Below, piece after piece: positions 26,001 to 37,680 of a stretch of DNA of 64,000 bases (position 1 is its first letter; the number at the start of each line of letters is the position of its first letter). The translations under genes and the position numbers were made by a program. The notes beneath the pieces were generated by a model, which had not been told where the DNA came from, did no database searches, and saw nothing but the letters and a program-made list of their open reading frames with translations. The DNA comes from Mobula birostris (Eukaryota): positions 97,367,064 to 97,431,063 of the forward strand of contig NC_092371.1 of assembly GCF_030028105.1 (NCBI RefSeq). Reading direction: 5' to 3'.

Positions 26001-26540
26001 GGGATTAACTGGCCAGTGTAAATTGGACCCAATGTGTGGGGAAATGGAGGGATATGAGAACTGGGTATCTGAATAGGCCACAAAGAAATTAGAGGAAGAA
26101 TGGAGTTCCTCTTTATACCATCAGAGATGCGGAAACAAATTACGTCGCTTTGAATAATAATTATATAGGTAAAGGGTGAAGGACAGACATGTTATAAAGG
26201 CCAGTTAGCATTGTCTGGAAATGTGTTTACTGCTACATTCCAGATTACAGCCACGACAGGACTAAATTGCTAGAATTTGTAAAGACTAATCAATCATCTA
26301 TCTATTTATGTATGGATGGATGGATAAGTAGATATATACGTGTGTGTGTGTGTGTGTGCGTGTGTGTGTGTGTATGTGAGTGAGTGTGATAAAAGGCAAT
26401 GAAACTGTCACTATTCCCTATACCTACAGGCAGAATATGCAGCTTTGAAAATCTGTAAAGCAGCCCCCAAGGCACAGAGCGGAGATGAGGATGAAATGTG
26501 TGTAGTTTACTCCCAAGTGCTGCGTAAAGAGAAAATTTAA
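14021..26540 (+). CDS. Six-exon gene for a single-IgV (VJ-type) inhibitory receptor, 278 aa, CD28/PD-1/NKp30-like superfamily
   Basis: Exons 14021-14084, 14497-14868, 18431-18532, 23821-23870, 25603-25740 and 26430-26540. All introns are GT-AG, the phases (1,1,1,0,0) join in one open frame, and the total is 837 nt ending TAA. Confidence 0.8.
14326..14345 (+). promoter_or_regulatory. Adjacent ETS-like (GGAA), RUNX (AACCACA) and GC-box motifs in intron 1
   Basis: Sequence GCGGAAACCACATCCGCCCC. Short motifs only, function inferred. Confidence 0.3.
14497..14868 (+). CDS. Exon 2, Ig V-set domain with germline J-like G strand
   Basis: Acceptor TTTCTGCACAG|, donor ACAG|GTAGGA, 372 nt, phase 1-1. 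Canonical [24 protein letters not shown] and [11 protein letters not shown]. Confidence 0.95.
16729..17358 (-). mobile_element. Penelope-like 3' fragment and pLTR in intron 2
   Basis: Same GIY-YIG tail and pLTR as 12750-13234. Hammerhead core CTGACGA...GAAACGTC on the - strand near 16826-16863. Confidence 0.85.
17364..17500 (-). repeat. Inverted duplicate of unique intron sequence 18163-18297
   Basis: The reverse complement of 18163-18297 matches with only a few substitutions and indels. Confidence 0.9.
17500..18022 (+). mobile_element. Penelope-like 3' fragment and pLTR, inverted relative to 16729-17358
   Basis: Encodes ..[25 protein letters not shown]. Near-mirror image of the upstream copy. 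Confidence 0.85.
18431..18532 (+). CDS. Exon 3, stalk and transmembrane helix (G)[33 protein letters not shown]
   Basis: Acceptor CTTCATTCTTGATAAG|, donor AAAC|GTGAGT, 102 nt, phase 1-1. Hydrophobic run followed by an RR stop-transfer signal. Confidence 0.9.
19346..22139 (-). mobile_element. CR1 LINE ORF2 (endonuclease end and RT), 5'-truncated and decayed, in intron 3
   Basis: [46 protein letters not shown] and VRPHLEYC. (TTTCTATG)-type tail at 19346. Confidence 0.92.
21695..21927. mobile_element. Fold-back mini-element made of two opposed Penelope pLTR halves, 13-bp TSD
   Basis: CTCATTGCTCAAG at 21682-21694 and 21928-21940. The left arm is the reverse complement of the right arm. Confidence 0.8.
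22375..23362 (+). mobile_element. Rex1/Babar-type LINE 3' fragment
   Basis: ..[11 protein letters not shown].. and ..[11 protein letters not shown]..; poly(TATC) tail. Sibling at 50280-51210. Confidence 0.75.
22500..23245 (+). repeat. Apparently perfect 373-bp tandem duplication
   Basis: TTAGAGTGT recurs at 22500, 22873 and 23246. The ORF track shows identical 74-aa ORFs at 22542 and 22915. Confidence 0.95.
23821..23870 (+). CDS. Exon 4, short cytoplasmic exon (Q)[16 protein letters not shown]
   Basis: Acceptor TTTTGTAATTTCAG|, donor GAG|GTACTG, 50 nt, phase 1-0. It bridges exon 3 to exon 5. Confidence 0.65.
24106..25091 (+). mobile_element. Solo LTR (986 bp) with 5-bp TSD in intron 4
   Basis: TGTCATG...TATGACA termini. 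TCAAC at 24101-24105 and 25092-25096. Same family as 9716-11067. Confidence 0.85.
25603..25740 (+). CDS. Exon 5, cytoplasmic [46 protein letters not shown]
   Basis: Acceptor TTCTGTTGGTTTCTCCAAG|, donor ACG|GTATGC, 138 nt, phase 0-0, open frame. Confidence 0.75.
25870..26080 (+). mobile_element. tRNA-derived SINE remnant (V-SINE/HE1-like)
   Basis: GGTAGAGCTGCTGCTTCACAGCTCC head and a conserved-core-like middle. Confidence 0.45.
26340..26388. repeat. (GT)n microsatellite just upstream of the exon 6 acceptor
   Basis: Seen directly. Confidence 0.95.
26430..26540 (+). CDS. Exon 6, terminal cytoplasmic exon [36 protein letters not shown] with a canonical ITIM (VVYSQV)
   Basis: Acceptor CTATTCCCTATACCTACAG|, phase 0. 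Two Tyr motifs 24 aa apart, TAA at 26538-26540. Confidence 0.85.
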   Translation, partial: AEYAALKICKAAPKAQSGDEDEMCVVYSQVLRKEKI

Positions 26541-27164
26541 GCTGACGTTCGGACACCCTCCTTCCAGCAACTGCAACTCGCTATCACCGCTTCCGACAAG
26601 ACTTTGACCAGCAAAGCAAATAGATTCTGAGAATCTGCAATGAAATCAGAAATCGCTGAAGTCGTGTAGTGCGTTAGATAGATAGTGTTACAAGCGAAGC
26701 TTGGCTGTTATCTCCCTTGCCGTGCATCATCATAACATTTTGCATTTTAATCAGTTCGCCCTCTGAGAACCATTTGCTGTTTTCACCACCTTTTGCTCCG
26801 TAACACCTTAAAGCTGAATTTCAGTTCTGATGAAAGGTCATGAACCTTGGTGCTTTTGCTTTGTTCCTCACTCTGAAAGTACCGTCTGATAAAATGAACA
26901 TGCTCAATATTCTTGATTTTATTGAAAATGCCGTAACGTGACTGACCAGGCATGGGAAATTTCCAGTCCAATTTATAAGTGTACTATTGTACTTCCTGAC
27001 ACGAATGGTGCTCGGTCTTGAACCAAGCATCTGTGAAATGTGAGAGCCGGAGACTAATGTTCAATGGGGAAGGATTGTTCTATAGATTGCCGCCTGCCTC
27101 GTTTCACGGAGGTATGTCTATGTTGAGGTTTCACATTAACCTGTAATCCGCGTCAAATAGCAAC

Positions 27165-27617
27165 GACATCGATCCCCGTCAACATCAGTGAGACCCACCA
27201 CACAGGACATGCTCTCCTCTCGCTGCTGCCGCCAGGAAGAAGGAAATGGAGCCACAAGACTCATACCACCAGTTTCAGGAGCAGTTACTATCCCTCAATT
27301 ATCAGGCTCTTGAACCAAAGAGAATGACTTCACCCAGCTTCACTTGTACCATTTTTGAAATGTTCTCATGACCAATGGGCTCACTAGTCATCTCATGTTC
27401 TCGATATGTATTGTTAAATATTTATGAATTCTATTTCTTATTTTTCTATGCAGTTTGTTACCTTCTGCACTCTGATTGATCTCCCTAGTTGGGCGGTCTC
27501 TCATTGACTCATTATGGTTATTACTCTATAGGTTTATTTAGTATTAATTAGGAAATGATTCTCAAGGTTGTATGTTGTGACATATATGTGCATTGATAAT
27601 AAATTTGCTTTGAACTT
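27165..27617 (+). mobile_element. Rex1/Babar or L2-type LINE 3' remnant
   Basis: ..HPGHALFSLLPSGRR..-like codons and an AATAAA...TTTGAACTTTGAA tail. Confidence 0.55.
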
Positions 27618-30600
27618 TGAATTAAACACTCCCTGATTAATGAGAATGTAAATTCCTGAATCTAGAGATCCGTGCCGACAGAGAGTGAAAATCACAAGAA
27701 AAGCTCCAGATGCTGAAAACCTGCGCTAAAAAAAAAACAAAATGCTCAGTGGCGTTTGGGGAAGGGATCCAATAGGTCCGGCAACTCGATGGCAAGAGAA
27801 ACGGTCAAAGTTTCGGGTCTGCGATCCTTCACCAGAACTGTGAGTGACTACTTCCGTGCTCAAGTCGCGAACTCTGTTCTGACCCCGCGGTCTAAGTTTA
27901 TAAACGGGAAAGCAAAATGGCAGCCTTCCACTAACAGGCTCTCCGCAGTCACCAGATACTGATAAACCTACACCCACGCACACATCACCAATACCCTGAA
28001 ACCAAAACTAGGAGACAGAAATCTCCCTGCACTTACTGGTTCAGATGAAGCCAGCAGCGACACCTCCTTCGCCTCGAAACTGTTGCAGTTCCAGCCCCCG
28101 TCGATATTTTAAAATTACTTAAATCTCATCACTACTTTCTAACTCCTTCCTTGCCAGATACTGTTACTCGACCAGCACTTCCACATTAACACGGCGCTTT
28201 CACACAGATTCAGACTCGATAGGTATTTGCGTGCAATCAGCGGTGATCGGATAAATTACCCACAGACATTACAAGCAGAAAAATGCCACCGCAGTCTATG
28301 GCCTAACGCCTTCAATTTGCTTCTGGCCCACACAGTCATAGCAATTCTTGTATGTTATGCACCCTAACCTAATTATTTATTTTTTATATAGATGCACCGA
28401 GTAGAGGCTCTTCCATAAACGCTAGAGAACTGAGTTGAAATCTGACCTCTGACCCTGACCCTGCGGAGTTTGCAAGCTCTCCCCGTGGGTGCTCCGCTTT
28501 CTTCTTTTCTTCTAAAGACGTGCGGCTTGTGAGGTTCATTACCACTATAATTTTCCTGAAAGCGTAGATGAATTGGGGATGGGTAGCGGAGAGAGAACGC
28601 GAATGTGAGAACAACAATAAAAAATGGGATTGTTATAGGACTACTGTAAATCGGCAGTCGATGAGACAGAAACAGTATCTGTTGAGCTACTCGCCTGTTA
28701 CCCAATACTCTTCCCATATCCTATGTCTGTCCGGCAGGGATTACAACTTTTCTCTGCTCATAAAGCATTTTGCTGCTGGGATATCGTCGGCGTTGTCTGG
28801 ACACTACTAAAATTATCCTCTCCTCGATGCAACTGTTCTCTCCAATGAACAGTCTTAATTATCCCACCAATTTAAATCTACTTCAGATCCTTGTTTATTT
28901 CCTGCCGGTCCAGCTTCACTCTTAACCAAGTCCTATAATTAGACAAATACCGCTTTTTCTTTTACAAACTATTTTACTCTTCTGGAGCAAATTAACTCCT
29001 CAGTTCACTGGCTGCATAACGTTAATGTTTTCTTTATCCGGGGAATTATTTGGCTATGAATGCAAGAGGAACGCAGAAGAAAATCATGGAAACTTTACAC
29101 TTTCTTGCTTTTTCAAGATGTTTCCTATAGTATGTTTTAGGATTCCTGGAATGTCTTCTCTCACCTTTCCCGCTCATTAAGAGCATCCTCTCACCTCACT
29201 GATGCCCCCATTAACCAGAACTACTCCCCAGAGTGTCATTTTAGTCTCCAGATCTACCAATCATTCCTCCAAATCCATATCCCAACTTTACTGACCCATC
29301 CCCAAATCTTCCCTTCTATGGCCAGATCTTGCCAGCCTTCTCCTGAATCCCCAAGCATTCACCCAACTTTCCAACCTGTCCCCAATCTCCCCTACTCAAC
29401 GAACCTATCGTCCTTGAGTACTACAACCGCCCCTCACTTCGTCGCTCAGCCCCTAATCTTCCCACCTCCCTCTATTCACCTATTTCTCCCACTTTATTCC
29501 CAGTTAGCGTCTTGAAACATCGTATTTCGCAAGTTTCTGTTTTAAATATGCGTTACTTGTTTCAGCTCAGCCTCGGCAATTTTTATCAGATAAATAAAAC
29601 TGTGTATGTTAGAAATAACACCGAACAAATAACTGGCGATTTAAACATCCAGTGGTACACATAGGAATTGATTTTTGCTGCGAAGGCCGCACGGTCAAGG
29701 AGTCAGCGGCTACCCAGCGATCCCACCGCCCCGACTGTCTTCCGATCGGCTGGTGGCAGAGCTGCTCGTCCAATGTACATATCAGGTTAGCAATTAGATC
29801 TGACCGCTGGTAAAGGAAAGAAAGAGTGCTGTTTAAAATCGGGCAAAATGCTAAACGGACAAAGAATGTGGTTAAAAATGATGGGAGATTAATGCAAGGA
29901 ATGTATCTCAAAATTGTCTTTGTAATGTATCGGCAGAATAGTTGTTGCTTCATTTACGGAAATTGGTGGTATGTATCCTCTCAAAGGTGTGAATAAAGGA
30001 AGTCTAGTAAAGTTGGTGAAATTGCAACAGTTCTACTGCAGTACTTCTACTTACTGGAGTTCTCACGAAAGATGTTGCTTTGTTGTTAGTCAGAGCAACA
30101 GACGCATAAAGGTCACAATACCTCATCTCTGTTTTATACCATCCTCCGATTGCGAAAGTTCTCGCCACGGAGTGCAATATGCTCTGGCTACCTGCGAGGG
30201 TTGCTTTTAAAGTGACTAAGAAGTGTGAAGTGTAAATGAAGGATATTTCAGCCAATTATTTAACGCAGAGCTATGTTTCAATTCAATTTAATTCTGCTGT
30301 TATAAATTTGCCTCTTCGAGCACAATCTCAAATCACTGGCTACCGAATCATTCATTACTAATTTTATTATTCTCCAATTCATCAGTTCCATTTTTTTTCA
30401 GCTTTTCAGCTTCCCATCTTCCATTGTCTACTCGACATTATAATTCTGGCAGGTAAATCCTAAAGCATTGCTCCCCTGCATGTTCTGCCACATTCAGACT
30501 CCTAACCCACCATAAATACATTTTAAGACCCGCCGACACGTTTACACCCCACCATGAGCAAGCAGCGCAGAAAGCTAATCTAGGGTTGGTGAGGCGGCAG

Positions 30601-30774
30601 TAAAGGGTTCGGGTGGGTTAAACAGACCACGCTCTCTCCCACTTTTCCCATAAAATAAACTTATGGCTGCAAAAATCATGGGTTCGTTTTTAGGGCCCCG
30701 TTATATTTGACACAGTTACCTTGCCTGATATATTGAAGTAGTGTTTTAACGTGGCAGATCATCCAACCCATATA

Positions 30775-33700
30775 TCATAGAAACATAGAAAACCTAAAGA
30801 ACAATAAAGGCCTTCCGGCCGACAAAGCTTTGCCGAGCTTGTCCTTACTTAGAACTACCTGGGCTCACCCACAGCCCTCTATATTTCTATGCTCCATGTA
30901 TCCATCCAGGAGGCTCTTAAAAGACCCTATCGTATCCACCACCTGCAGCCCATTCTACGCACTCACCATTCTCTGTGTAAAAAACTTACACCTGATATCT
31001 CCTCTGTACCTATTTCCAAGCACCTTAAAACTATGCCCTCTTGTGCTAGCCATTTCAGCCCTGGCAAAAAGGCTCTGACTATCCACATAGTCAATGTCTC
31101 TCATTATCTTGTACACCTCTATCAGGTCACCTCTCATCCTCCATTGCTCCAAGGAAAAAAGGCCGTGTTCACTCAACCTATTCTCATAAGGCATGCTCCC
31201 CAATCCAGACAACATCCTTGTAAATCTCCTCTGCACCCTTTCTATTGTTTCCACATCTTTCCTGTAGTGAGGGGACCAGAACTGAGAACAGTACTCCAAG
31301 TGGGGTCTGACCAGGGTCCTATATAGCTGCAACATTACCTCTTGGCTCCTAAACTCAATCCCATGATTGATGAAGGCCAATGCACTGTATGCCTTCTTAA
31401 CCACAGAGTTAACTTGCAAAGCAGCTTTGAGTGTCTTATGGACATGGACCCCAAGATCCCTCTGATCCTCCATAATGCCAAGGGTCTTGCCATTAATACT
31501 ATATTCTGCCATCATATTTGACCTACGAAAATGAACTACCTCACACTTATCTGGGTTGAACTCCATCTGCCACTTCTCAGCCCAGTTTTGTAACCTATCA
31601 ATGTCCCGCTGTAACCTCTGACAGCCCTCCACACTATCCACAACACCCCCAACCATTGTGTCATCAGCAAATTTACTAACACATCCCTCTGCTTCCTCAT
31701 CCAGGTCATTTATAAAAATCACGAAGAGTAGGGGTCCCGGAACAGATCCCTGAGGCACACCACTGGTCAGCAGCCTCCATGCAGAATGTGACCCATCTAC
31801 AATCACTCTTTGCCTTCTGTGGGCAAGCTGGTTCTGGATCCACAAAGCAATGTCACCTTGGATCCCATGCCTCCTTATATTTCTCAATTAGCCTTGCATG
31901 GGGTACCTTCTCAAATGCCTAGCTAAAATCCATATCTCTGGTTCTACCTTCATCAATGCGTTTAGTCACATCTTCAAAAAAAATCAATCAGGCTCATAAG
32001 GTATGACCTGCCTTTGACAAAGCCAAACCGACTATTCCTAATCATATTATGCCTCTCCAAATGTTCATAAATCCTGCCTCTCAGGATCTTCTCCATCAAC
32101 TTACCAACCACTGAAGTAAGACTCACTGGTCTATAATTTCCTGGGCTCTCATAACTGCCTTTTTTGGAAAAGGGAACAACATCCACAACCCTCCATCCTC
32201 CAGAACCTCTCCCATCCTCATTGATGATGCAAAGATCATCACCAGAGGCTCAGCAATCTCCTCCCTTGCTTCCTACAGTAACCTAGGGTGCATCCTATCC
32301 TGCCCCGGTGACTTATCCAACTTGATGCTTTCCAAAAGCTCCAGCACATCCTCTTCCTTAATATCTACATGCTCAAGCTTTTCAGTCCACTGCAAGTCAT
32401 CCCTAAAATCGCCAAGATCCTTTTCTGCAGTGAATTCTGAAGCAAAATATTCTTTAAGCACCTCTGTCATCTCCTCCAGTTCCATACACAATTTTCTACT
32501 GTCACACTTGATTGGTCCTATTCTCTCATGTCTTGTCCTCTTGCAATTCACATACTTGTAGAATGCCTTGGGGTTTTCCTTAATCCTGTCCGCCAAGGCC
32601 TTCTCATGGCCCCTTCTAGCTCTCCCAATTTCATTCTTAAGCACCTTCCTGCTAGCCTTATAATCCTCTAGATCTCTGTCAGTCTTAGTTTTTTGAACCT
32701 TTCATAAGCTCTTCTTTTCTTCTTGACTGGATTTACAACAGCCTTTGTACACCCCAGTTCCTATACCCTACCATCCTTTTCCTGTCTCATTGGTAGGTAT
32801 CTACGCAGAACCCCACACAAATGTCCCCTGAACATTTGCCACTTTTCTTCCATACATTTCCCTGAGAAATTCTGTTTCCAATTTATGCTTCCAAGTTCCT
32901 GCCTGATAGCCTCATACCTCTCCTTACTCCAATTAAACGTTTCCTTCTCCAATGGTATGGTAAAGAAGATAGAATTGTGATCACTATCTCCAAAGTGCTC
33001 TCCCACTGAGAGATCTGACACCTGACCAGGTTCATTTCCCAATACCAGATCAAGTACAGCCTCTCCTCTTGTAGGCTTATCTACATATTGTGTGAAGAAA
33101 CCTTCCTGAACACACATAACAAACTCCACCCAATCTAAACTCCTCACTCTATGGAGATGCCAATCAATATTTGGGAAATTAAAATCTCCCACCACAAGAA
33201 CTCTATAATTATTACTCCCTTCCAGAATCTGTCTCCCTATCTACTCCTCGAAGATCCCTGTTACTATTGGGTGGTCTATAAAAAACGCCCAGTAGAGTTA
33301 TTGACCCCTTCCTATACCTAACTTCCACCCACAGTGACTTCGTAGAGAACCCTTCCATGACTTCCTCCTTTTCTGCAGCCATGACACAATCTCTGATCAT
33401 CACTGCCATGCCCCCACCTCTATTGCCTCCCTCCATGGCCTTGCTGAAACAGCTAAAGCCTGGCACTTGAAGTAGCCATTCCTACCCCTGCACCATCTAA
33501 GTCTCTGTAATGGCCACAACATCATTGCTCTAAGTGCAGATACATGCTCTAAACTCATCCACTTTATTCATAATACTCCTCGATTTAAAATAAACACATC
33601 TCAAACCATTGGTCTGCGCGCATCCCTTCTCTATCACCTGCCTGTCCTCCCTTTCACACTATCTCCAAGCTTTCTCTATTTGTGAGCCAACCTCCCTTTC

Positions 33701-34019
33701 CTCCATCACTTCAGTTGGGTTCCCACCCTCCAACAATTCTAGTTTAAACTCTCCCTATTAGCCTTTGCAAATCTCCCCGCCAAGATATTGGTCCCCCTCA
33801 GATTCAAGTGCAACCCGTCCTTTTTGTACAGGTCACGCCTGCCCCAGAAGAGGTTCCAATGATCTGGAAATATGAATCCCTGCCCCCCTGCTCCAATCCC
33901 TCAGCCATACATTTATCCTCCACCTCATTCTATTCCTATACTCACTGTCATGTGGCACAGGCAGTAATCCCGAGATTACTACCTTTGAGGTCCTGCTTCA
34001 CAACTTCCTTCCTAACTCC
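30775..34019 (-). mobile_element. CR1 LINE, near full-length ORF2 plus ORF1 3' end, decayed
   Basis: [34 protein letters not shown] and KFADDT across ORFs 30955-33466. Confidence 0.92.
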
Positions 34020-35972
34020 GGCAGTTATTGGCAGTTTATTGTTTTATGTTGGAAAGTTGGTAGATTGGCAACTTCTTCTGGAGGAAAGGCAGAAATCTTT
34101 CATGGAAGATTTATTTAAAGCTAATTTTTTTACCTTTAATTGATCAGATTAAACTTTTGTTTACTAAATAGTCATCAATCTCTTTGTCTCGGATCGGTCG
34201 GATCAATGCTATTAAGATAATTATTTTGCCTAAATTTCTATATGTATTTCAATCGGTTCCAATTTTTATTCCAAAATCTTTTTTTGATAATGTTGATCCA
34301 AAAATTTCTTCATATGTATGGCCGAACCAAAACCCTAGGCTAAGTAAAAGGCATTTACAGAAATCTAAAAAAGAGGGGGGGCTAGCGCTCCCGAATTTCA
34401 GATTCTACTATTGGATATTCAATTAATATTCGATTTATAATTTTGGTTACAAGACTTGAATGCAATTTCATGTCCACATTGGGTAAATCTTGAATGTAAT
34501 TCGTTACAGGGGTTTTCATTGGGTTCTGTTTTAGGGACTTCGCTTCCTTTCATTCTTTCTAAATTGTATAAACAAGTGAATAATCCAATAGTTAAGCATA
34601 CCTTACATATATAGTTTCAATTTCGAAAATTTTTGGGTTGAACCAATTTATTTTAGCAAATCCTATTACAGATATACCTAATTTCTTTTTCCATCCTTCC
34701 ATTATGGATCAAGCTTATTTAGATTGGAGAATCAAAGGCCTAGTACGATTTCATGATTTATTTTTGGATAATTGTTTTATGTCCTTCAATCAACTATCTA
34801 TTAAATATAATTTACCTAGGTCTCACTTTTTTAGATATCTACAGGTCAGAAACTTTTTATTTTCTGTTTCTCCTAATTTTCCACACTTATATCCAATGGA
34901 TATTTTGGAAAAAATTTTAGATTTAAGTCTTTCTCAGAAAGGCGTTGTAGCAATTATTTATAATATATTATGAATTTATGTCCTGATGTATCTAATAAAA
35001 TTAAAATTGATTGGGAAAGAGAACTTAAGATCACTGTACCAATTGAAAAATGGGAAAAAATTCTTTAATTAGTTAATTCTTCTTCTGTATGTGCTAAACA
35101 TGCGTTGATACAGTTTAAAGTAGTGCACAGGGCTCATATGCCCAAAGATAAATTACCTGGTTATTACTCTTACATAAATTCTATATGTGATAGATCTCCA
35201 AGATAGCTTCTTTAACTCACATGTTTTGGTCATGTCCTTTGTTGAAAAAATATTGGAAAGATATTTTTGATATTATTTCAACGGTTCTGAATATAGATTT
35301 ACAACCTCACCCAATTACTGCTATTTTTGGATGACCGATGATAGAATCTAATCATTTAACTTTTTCAGCTCATCAGATCGTATTTCTTACTTTAATGGCT
35401 AGAAGATCTATTTTGCTGAATTGGAAAGAGATTAACCCTCCTACCATATTCCATTGGTTTCCACAAACTATTTTGTGTTTAAATTTGGAAAAAATTAGAA
35501 GTATTGTTTATGACCCTTCCATTAAATTCAAAAAGACTTGGAGGCTGTTTATTCAGTATTTTCATATGATGTAATTTGACTATTTCCAAACTTAGTTTAC
35601 TTCTCTGTAATTTTGGTTGAGTGGAACGGAGTCGTCGACACTCAGGTTTTCTTTTCTCTCATTTTTTACAATGTTAAAACAGTCCAGGTCTTTTTTTTAG
35701 TTTAGTTGATTAATTTTGTTTTGATTAGTTTTCTTTTGGGGGGGGGGTATTATTTTTTTTCCTTTTTCATGATTTTTTTAGATATTTTTCTTTGTTTTAT
35801 ATTATTCATTTGTATCCTATATTATTGGGAGTTTTATCATTTAAGTATTACTGTATCTGGCTTTATAATCACTCATGTTAATTATAACAATGTATTCCCA
35901 TAAACTTCGTACTACTACCATGTTATGTTTGTATCTTTATGAAACTAATAAAAAGATTGAAAAAGAAAGAAA
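34020..35972 (+). mobile_element. L1-clade LINE, 3' part of ORF2 and 3'UTR
   Basis: GRINAIKIIILPKFLYVFQ, GGLALPNFRFYYW and the C-terminal H-C region (..SLTHMFWSC..). AATAAA and A-rich tail near 35947-35972. Confidence 0.85.
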
Positions 35973-36049
35973 TCTTTCATGTTGTTATGCTGACTACCCA
36001 ATAAAAAAATATTTGATTCTGTCCCACACGCATGGTTAATATATGTTCT

Positions 36050-37680
36050 TAATATATATAAACTACACCCAATACCTGCGAAATTCCTACAACATCTTAT
36101 GAATTACCCTATCCACTGACAACCATATCAAAATAAACTGATGCATTTTCCAGGGCAACTCCCTAATCCCACCGTGGTTTTGTCTAGATTTAAATATGCT
36201 CTTTATTTTATAGAATCGAATGAAAATAGGCTATTAAATCAGAAACAATCACGCAAACTATACCCAGAGAATCTGAAATTATACGCTCCTTCATCAGTAA
36301 AACTTAAGAACTCAATTCAATTACTGGAATTATTTTCTATAGATATAAACATGAACTTTGGACTAAATAAGTATAGAACATCAAACATAAAGAAAGGATC
36401 AATTGTGCTGGTAGAATATACAAACGTTTGTAGAACAGAGAAGCAGGATACAATGCAACTGATGGATGAATATGAACTGTATAAATATCTGGGATATCAA
36501 TAAGCAAAGGAAATAGATCATAGTGTAACAAAGGGACTTTTTGACAGAATTTACTTCAAGGCATAAGAAAATCTGCCAAATAGAGCTCAATAGTAAACAT
36601 ATATCAAAGATAATATACACCTTTGCTATACCCATATTAACATATTCTTTTGACATAATTTCTTAATCCAAAACCAATCTGGAAAATTTTCAAATAAAGA
36701 TAAGAACTAAAATGACAAATTTTAAAAAGCATTACGTACATGCAAATGTGCTAAGATTAACATAACCTAGGACGGAAGTGGGCCAGCTGGTGGTGTAATT
36801 CAAGGCAGATGGTCCTGAGTTCAAACACAGCCAGGTCTCAAAATGACCAGCAGCAGTATCTGCGCAGAAGAAATGCCTGGCAATCTACTTCTGTATCTTG
36901 CCATGATAAACCCTATGGTTCCATGAAGTTACAAAAAGTCAGATTTGACTAAACGACTGAACAACAAGGAACAGATGTAAGAAGAGGAATAACAGATACA
37001 AAAAAGAACACAACAGAAAGATAATATTTTAATGATATATTTTCATCATCTAAAGCAGGACTCTTCACAAGCATATGCAATTCTGGTAAGAAGCACACAC
37101 CACTAAACTTAAATGAAAGTACAAACCAGAAAAAAAATGAAGAAGTTATCACTGCAGAAGAAAATTTAACCAATGGATGAGCTGGATGCTCCATGGAAGA
37201 CATCCCCATGATCCAGGTCCACATCCAGACTAGATGTTGAATACCTGGCTCAGAGTTGGAGCCCTCTTCCCAGAAACAGAGGGGTTCCTTGTGGAAATTG
37301 AGGACCAGGTAGTTAACACAAAAATGATTAAAAATACATAATAAAAGACCAACTTATAAATGCAGAAAATGCCAAGAAAGAACAGAAACAATCCAACACA
37401 TTACAGGATCATGCAACAGTTTAACTCAATCTGATTAATTACACAGGCACAAACAATTGGCAAACATCATTCTCCAAAATCTTGCTTTAAAATACAAACT
37501 CATGAAAGACACCATATCTTTCTGTAAATAAAAGACTGATCCAGATTTAGAGTCCAAATCCTACAACTTATATTATGACCAATCCATTATATTAGACAGG
37601 GCAATCCATAATAAATATCCAAATATTAAAAAAAACAGAATAAACAAGGATACAGCCATTCCAAACACACACGACATATG
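36050..37680 (+). mobile_element. R4/Dong (Rex6-like) non-LTR element, decayed copy 1
   Basis: RT segments (IKIN..IF(Q)G..L, YKYLG) and REL-domain remnants, homologous to 40720-42560. Confidence 0.7.

Noticed and set aside
26783-27030. Minus-strand ORFs with Ig-like words (DWKFPMPGQ, NFPCLVSH)
   Set aside because: No consistent Cys/Trp spacing, stops intervene, and the region is probably the receptor 3'UTR.
30130-30190. QSILH resembling arenavirus/phenuivirus RdRp motif B (QGILH)
   Set aside because: The invariant Gly is missing, no SDD follows in frame, and the CpG-rich composition differs from the decayed shards.
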